DNA of 49,726 nucleotides, taken from Spirochaetaceae bacterium UBA1318. GTDB lineage: Bacteria; Spirochaetota; Spirochaetia; Treponematales; UBA1318. Below are positions 45,381 to 49,726 of the stretch, piece by piece. The DNA lies in the NCBI GenBank assembly GCA_002307015.1, contig DBTK01000115.1, forward strand, positions 675 through 50,400, written 5' to 3'. Positions within the stretch are counted from its first letter, which is position 1, and every line of letters starts with the position of its first letter. The notes under the pieces were generated by a model. That model was not told the DNA's origin, did no database searches, and was given only the letters and a program-made list of their open reading frames with translations. Made by a program: the position numbers and the translations under genes.

Positions 45381-46247
45381 ATGAAAGCGTCAACGCTCCG
45401 GCCACGAAAAGAGTATTCGAATGCCAGGGACGTGGAAGACCTCCTGCAGGACTACTTCAACCAGATCAAGAAGACGCCCCTTCTTTCCTTCGAAGAGGAG
45501 CTCTCCCTTTCCCGCCTGATCCAGGCCGGAGACGAGAGGGCGAGGCAGCGGATGATCGAAGCAAACCTGCGCCTGGTGGTGAAGATCGCCCGTGATTTTT
45601 TGACTCCCGATACCCAGCTGCTCGACCTTATCCAGGAAGGCAACATGGGGCTCATTACCGCGGCATCGAAGTACGATTACGCGAGAAACGTCAGGTTCTC
45701 GACCTACGCATCGTGGTGGATCAAGCAGGCGATAACCAGATCGCTGGTCAACAAGAGGCGGACCATCAGGCTGCCTCACCGGAAAGAGGAAACCCTGAAA
45801 AGGATCCAGAAATCCTTCAGCTACCTGAGCCAGACCCTGTTCCGGGAACCGTCGACGGAAGAACTGGCGCGCGATCTGGACATGAGACCTTCCGAGGTGG
45901 AGAGGATCCTTTCGCTCGCGGGCAACATCGTTTCTCTCGATACCGAAATCACCGACGAATCGGGCACCCTCCTCGACCTTTTCGAGGACCTTACCTACAG
46001 TCCCGACCGGCTGCTGATGAGAAACTGCATCCACGAGGAAACGATCGGCTTTCTCGAAACCCTCCTTGAAAAGGAGAAGCAGATCCTGATGTACCGATTC
46101 GAGTTCTATGGCGGCAAGAAGTTTACTTTGAAGAAAATCGGCGAGGAACTCGGCATGTCTCCCGAGACCGTCCGCCAGATCGAGATCCGCGCGCTCAAGA
46201 AGCTGAGGGAATCGGCCGTCGACCTGAGAGATTATATCGAAGAGTAA
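45381..46247 (+). CDS. sigma70-family sigma factor, group-2/RpoS-like (regions 1.2-4, no region 1.1)
   Basis: Y..QI.KTPLLS, ANLRLVVKIA, DLIQEGNMGL, RFSTYASWWIKQAI, RTIRLP, TL..IG..LGMSPETVRQIE. AAGGAG RBS. Confidence 0.9.
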   Translation: MKASTLRPRKEYSNARDVEDLLQDYFNQIKKTPLLSFEEELSLSRLIQAGDERARQRMIEANLRLVVKIARDFLTPDTQLLDLIQEGNMGLITAASKYDYARNVRFSTYASWWIKQAITRSLVNKRRTIRLPHRKEETLKRIQKSFSYLSQTLFREPSTEELARDLDMRPSEVERILSLAGNIVSLDTEITDESGTLLDLFEDLTYSPDRLLMRNCIHEETIGFLETLLEKEKQILMYRFEFYGGKKFTLKKIGEELGMSPETVRQIEIRALKKLRESAVDLRDYIEE

Positions 46248-46316
46248 TCGTGGAAGAGCACGCCCGTTTCGGCCTTTCGTGTTGACGAAGAAGCCGAACC
46301 GCGCGTATCGTTGGTA

Positions 46317-47513
46317 ATGGCTCGAACGGGATCAAAAAAACGGAATCGCCCTTCACGGAAGGGCAGGCAATCGTCGGCACTCATCGCCGTGCTCGTCGTC
46401 ATCATCATCTCGCTTCTGGCCGTCCTCGTCGCCGTCTGCGGAAGTCCGTCGAAGGCCGGCTCCCCGCCTCCCCGCGCGGAGCTTCCCGCGGCCACCGCCG
46501 TTCCCCCCCGCGACGGGACTCCCGCCGCGGGCCCTCCGGTTCGACCGGAACCGCAGCCGAACGCCCCGCCCCCGCCGGTGACCGCGGAACCCCTTCCTGG
46601 ACCAACCGAGGCCTCTCCCGCGGCTGGAGCCTCGGGAAGCGCCGAGCCGGCTTCCGCCACGGGAAACCCCAGGCCGGCTTCCTCCCCGACGGTCGCAGAG
46701 CCCGAAACGCCGCCTCGGCAATCGATCAGGCAGCCGGCAGGGCCGGGGGAGAGGCCCGTGACCGTCATGACGCCTCAACGCCAGGCGATCGCGGGAAATC
46801 CCCCCGAGAGGCCCGTCCGTCATCCCAAGAAGCTCGTCATCATCATCGACGACGTGGGCAACAACCTTCCCCAGCTCAACCGATTCCTCGCCCTGAACCT
46901 TCCCCTGACCTTCGCCGTTCTGCCAGGGGTTTCCCATACGAAGGCGAGCCTCGCCAAGATTCTCGCGGCGGGACACGAGGCCCTGCTCCATCAGCCCATG
47001 GAGGCCGAGGGCCGGCTCAACCCGGGACCGGGGGCCATCATGCACGGCATGAACCCGGACGAGGTCCGGACCATCCTTGCCGAGAACCTCGCCCAGATGC
47101 CGGGGGTGACCGGCGTGAACAACCACGAGGGTTCCCTCGTGACCGCGGACCCGGCCATAATGGCGGCAGTGCTTGATTATCTGAAGGAAAAAAAGCTAGT
47201 CTACATAGATTCCCTGACGACCGCACATTCCGCGGTCAAGGCAGTCGCCGAAGCGGAGAAAATTTCGATAATGGAGCGTGATGTGTTTTTGGACAATATC
47301 CAGGACCGCGATACGATTATTCGATACATCAAGGACGGCATGAGGATAGCCGAAAAGAAGGGTCACGCCGTCATGATCGGTCATGTGTGGTCCGCGGACC
47401 TCGCCAAAGCCCTCGGCGATATGTATCCCCAACTCGTGGAACAGGGGTTTTCCCTTTCGACGATCCGGGAGATCATGATGGACGAAACCCTCGATGCTAG
47501 TACTTGGGATTGA
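46317..47513 (+). CDS. Divergent polysaccharide deacetylase family protein (YibQ-like)
   Basis: TM anchor, Pro-rich linker, IIIDDVG, LHQPME, GVNNHEGS, DSLT, RDVFLDN, IGH. Confidence 0.88.
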   Translation: MARTGSKKRNRPSRKGRQSSALIAVLVVIIISLLAVLVAVCGSPSKAGSPPPRAELPAATAVPPRDGTPAAGPPVRPEPQPNAPPPPVTAEPLPGPTEASPAAGASGSAEPASATGNPRPASSPTVAEPETPPRQSIRQPAGPGERPVTVMTPQRQAIAGNPPERPVRHPKKLVIIIDDVGNNLPQLNRFLALNLPLTFAVLPGVSHTKASLAKILAAGHEALLHQPMEAEGRLNPGPGAIMHGMNPDEVRTILAENLAQMPGVTGVNNHEGSLVTADPAIMAAVLDYLKEKKLVYIDSLTTAHSAVKAVAEAEKISIMERDVFLDNIQDRDTIIRYIKDGMRIAEKKGHAVMIGHVWSADLAKALGDMYPQLVEQGFSLSTIREIMMDETLDASTWD

Positions 47514-48507
47514 AAGCTCCTGCGACGAAAGCGCCGCCGCCGTGGTCGAGGACGGACGAAAGATCCTTTCCAACGTCATCGCAACCCAGATTCCCTTCCA
47601 TGAAGCCTACTACGGCGTCGTTCCCGAGATAGCCTCCCGCAAGCATACCGAGTGGATCCTCCCCGTCGTCAAGGAATCCCTCCGCGAGGCGGGCGTACGC
47701 CCCGAAGGCCTCGGCGGCATCGCGGTCACTTCCCGGCCCGGGCTCATGGGATCCCTCCTCGTGGGGCTGTCGTTCGCCAAGGGCCTCGCCTGGGCGACCG
47801 GCAAGCCCTTTATCGCGATCGACCACATCCTGGCCCACCTCTACGCGCCTCATCTGGAAAACGATATCGATTTTCCCTATATCGGGCTCCTCGTGTCGGG
47901 CGGCCATACCATCATCTCGGTGGTGACCGGCTACGACGAGTTCACCGTGCTGGGCACGACGATCGACGACGCGGCCGGCGAGGCCTTCGACAAGGTTTCC
48001 AAGTTCTACCGCTTCGGCTATCCCGGCGGCGTCGCGATCGACCGGCTGGCGAAGGAAGGCGACGACCGTGCCTTCGATTTTCCGAACCCCTCCCTCCACA
48101 AGGGAGCGCACCGCTACGATGTCTCCTATTCCGGCCTCAAGACGGCAGTGATCAACCAGCTCGACCAGTTCAGGAATCCCGCCTATCCGAAGACGAACGA
48201 GAACATCGCCGCCTCGTTCCAGAAGGCCGCCATCGGACTCCTGGTCGAGAGGCTGCTCCGGGCCGTCGAGGATACGGGAATCAAAACCGTCGTCGCCGGG
48301 GGCGGCGTCGCGGCGAACTCCCTCCTTCGCGCGAGGCTCGCCGCCGTCCCGGGGCTGCGCACCATTTTTCCCTCGCCCGTGCTCTGCACCGACAACGGCG
48401 CCATGGTTGCGGGACTCGGGTTCAAATTCCTCGAACGGGGCGACCGGTCCCCGCTTTCGGTCACCGCGAGCGCCAGAGTCCCGGGCTTTCGCCGCCGCTA
48501 CCCCTGA
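47494..48507 (+). CDS. tsaD: tRNA N6-threonylcarbamoyltransferase
   Basis: LGIESSCDE, GVVPEIASRKH, H..AH, VSGGHT, DDAAGEAFDK, GGVAAN, CTDNGAM. Confidence 0.96.
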   Translation: MLVLGIESSCDESAAAVVEDGRKILSNVIATQIPFHEAYYGVVPEIASRKHTEWILPVVKESLREAGVRPEGLGGIAVTSRPGLMGSLLVGLSFAKGLAWATGKPFIAIDHILAHLYAPHLENDIDFPYIGLLVSGGHTIISVVTGYDEFTVLGTTIDDAAGEAFDKVSKFYRFGYPGGVAIDRLAKEGDDRAFDFPNPSLHKGAHRYDVSYSGLKTAVINQLDQFRNPAYPKTNENIAASFQKAAIGLLVERLLRAVEDTGIKTVVAGGGVAANSLLRARLAAVPGLRTIFPSPVLCTDNGAMVAGLGFKFLERGDRSPLSVTASARVPGFRRRYP

Positions 48508-48575
48508 CCACCCCGGACGGCGATGGCGACTCCCGATACCCCCGCCCGATGAATTCCCATCTTTCCATCTAATTG

Positions 48576-48604
48576 TTGACAAGCCGGAGATGCTGTACTA
48601 GTAT
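48576..48604 (+). promoter_or_regulatory. sigma70-type promoter
   Basis: TTGACA-17 bp-TAGTAT, ending 6 nt before the GTG. Confidence 0.6.
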
Positions 48605-48610
48605 TTTATC

Positions 48611-49054
48611 GTGGAAAAAAAAGTTGGCACCATGTTGATTCTCTATGAAGACGGTTCGCACGATCTCGAGTGCGTCGCGAAAAGCATCGGCGATTCGCTC
48701 AAGGGACAGAACGGCGAAATCGTTCTGAAAAAGGCTTCGGAGGTATTGATTCCCGATCTCCTGGCCGCTTCGGTGTATTTCATGGGGGCCGGCAACGCCT
48801 CTCCCGTGGGGTTCGGCGAAATCGAGAGGATCTTTCGCGGTATCGATCTTTCGGGACGTCGTGCCGGGTTTTTCGTTTCCGACCTGAACGGCGGCGCCGA
48901 GTACCTTAAAAGGATCGTTCGCGACACGGGGCTTAAGGTATCCAAACGAGTTCTTTCCGTTTCGGCGAAATCCTGCGATGACAAGCGTCCTGAACACGAC
49001 CAGAAAGCGAGCAGGATGGCCGTCGAGTCGTGGGCGGCGTCGATCGTTGAATAA
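48611..49054 (+). CDS. Flavodoxin-fold hypothetical protein
   Basis: beta/alpha pattern ILY...VAKSI..., YFMG, DLSGRRAGFF. Lacks the canonical SxTGNT loop. Confidence 0.6.
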   Translation: MEKKVGTMLILYEDGSHDLECVAKSIGDSLKGQNGEIVLKKASEVLIPDLLAASVYFMGAGNASPVGFGEIERIFRGIDLSGRRAGFFVSDLNGGAEYLKRIVRDTGLKVSKRVLSVSAKSCDDKRPEHDQKASRMAVESWAASIVE

Positions 49055-49075
49055 TCCCGAATACAAGGAATCCCC

Positions 49076-49609
49076 ATGACTTCTTCCTTCTCCCTCGATG
49101 GTGCGATACGGAAAATCCCCGATTTCCCGAAAAAGGGAATACTTTTTTACGATATCACCAGCGTCCTTGCCAATCCCGACGCCTTCAGGTTTTGCATCGA
49201 CGCGATGATCCAGGCCTACTCGAATACCCGCATCGACGCGGTAGCCGCCGTCGAGTCACGGGGCTTCGTTTTCGCCGCTCCCTTTGCGCTGAAGCTCGGA
49301 ATTCCCCTGATTCTCGTCAGGAAGAAGGGGAAGCTGCCGGGCAAGACCATCTCGGCCAAATACGCCCTCGAGTACGGCGAGGCCGAGATCGAGGTGCACG
49401 AGGCCGACGTTCCGAAGGGGAAGCGCGTGCTGATCGTGGACGATCTCATAGCCACCGGTGGAACGATACGGGCGACCTCAGAGCTCTTGAAGCGTGGCGG
49501 GGCCGAGGTCGCCGGCGTATTCTGCGTCATCGGCCTTTCCTCGCTCAACTTCCGGAAGGACCTCGGCGACATTCCCGTAAAGACCCTCATCGAGTATGAA
49601 GGGGAGTGA
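49076..49609 (+). CDS. apt: Adenine phosphoribosyltransferase
   Basis: IPDFPKKGILFYDIT, ESRGF, RKKGKLP, YALEYG, VDDLIATGGT. Confidence 0.97.
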   Translation: MTSSFSLDGAIRKIPDFPKKGILFYDITSVLANPDAFRFCIDAMIQAYSNTRIDAVAAVESRGFVFAAPFALKLGIPLILVRKKGKLPGKTISAKYALEYGEAEIEVHEADVPKGKRVLIVDDLIATGGTIRATSELLKRGGAEVAGVFCVIGLSSLNFRKDLGDIPVKTLIEYEGE

Positions 49610-49642
49610 ACCGTTTTTCTTGAAATGGAAAAACGGCCGGGC

Positions 49643-49671
49643 TTGACACGTTCGGAATAATTCGGTAGATT
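49643..49671 (+). promoter_or_regulatory. sigma70 promoter of the tRNA
   Basis: TTGACA-17 bp-TAGATT. Confidence 0.7.
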
Positions 49672-49702
49672 CTTGACTGTCGCGGTGAGACGCCGCGCTC
49701 TT

Positions 49703-49726
49703 TCCCCGGTTGTGTAATGGTAGCAC
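49703..49726 (+). tRNA. 5' end of a tRNA (probably tRNA-Gln), truncated by the window edge
   Basis: TCCCCGG-TT-GTG-TAATGGTAG-CAC forms an acceptor strand plus D-arm of tRNA-Gln style. It follows a strong promoter. The anticodon is not visible. Confidence 0.7.

Overview
High-GC chromosomal segment, most likely from an anaerobic spirochaete (Treponema/Rectinema-like; inferred from gene content). It is mostly housekeeping and envelope genes: M20 hydrolase, mltD-like transglycosylase, TPR lipoproteins, rbr-dfx-rubredoxin, yajC-secD-secF, TetR, XPB helicase and partner, malQ, ornithine/lysine decarboxylase, rlpA, GH31, a DRTGG/kinase/[FeFe]-hydrogenase-like sensory module, arcC, adk, uridine kinase, HD-GYP, alaA, lepB-ftsI-maf, M23, a group-2-like sigma factor, tsaD, apt and a truncated tRNA. 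No mobile element or CRISPR array was seen. The standout is a four-gene cassette (24848-29278). In it, a DUF2207-like single-pass membrane protein ends in nine tandem A-C-x-x (mostly ACHS) repeats and is translationally coupled to a radical SAM/SPASM enzyme with an RRE/PqqD-like N-terminus, which suggests RiPP-style modification of a membrane protein tail. Also notable: a sigma54 promoter with an upstream palindrome in front of the RpoS-like gene (a possible Borrelia-like RpoN-RpoS cascade), a DUF2007-adk in-frame fusion with an internal RBS, and several apparently leaderless genes. All family calls come from motif recognition by eye; no searches were run.
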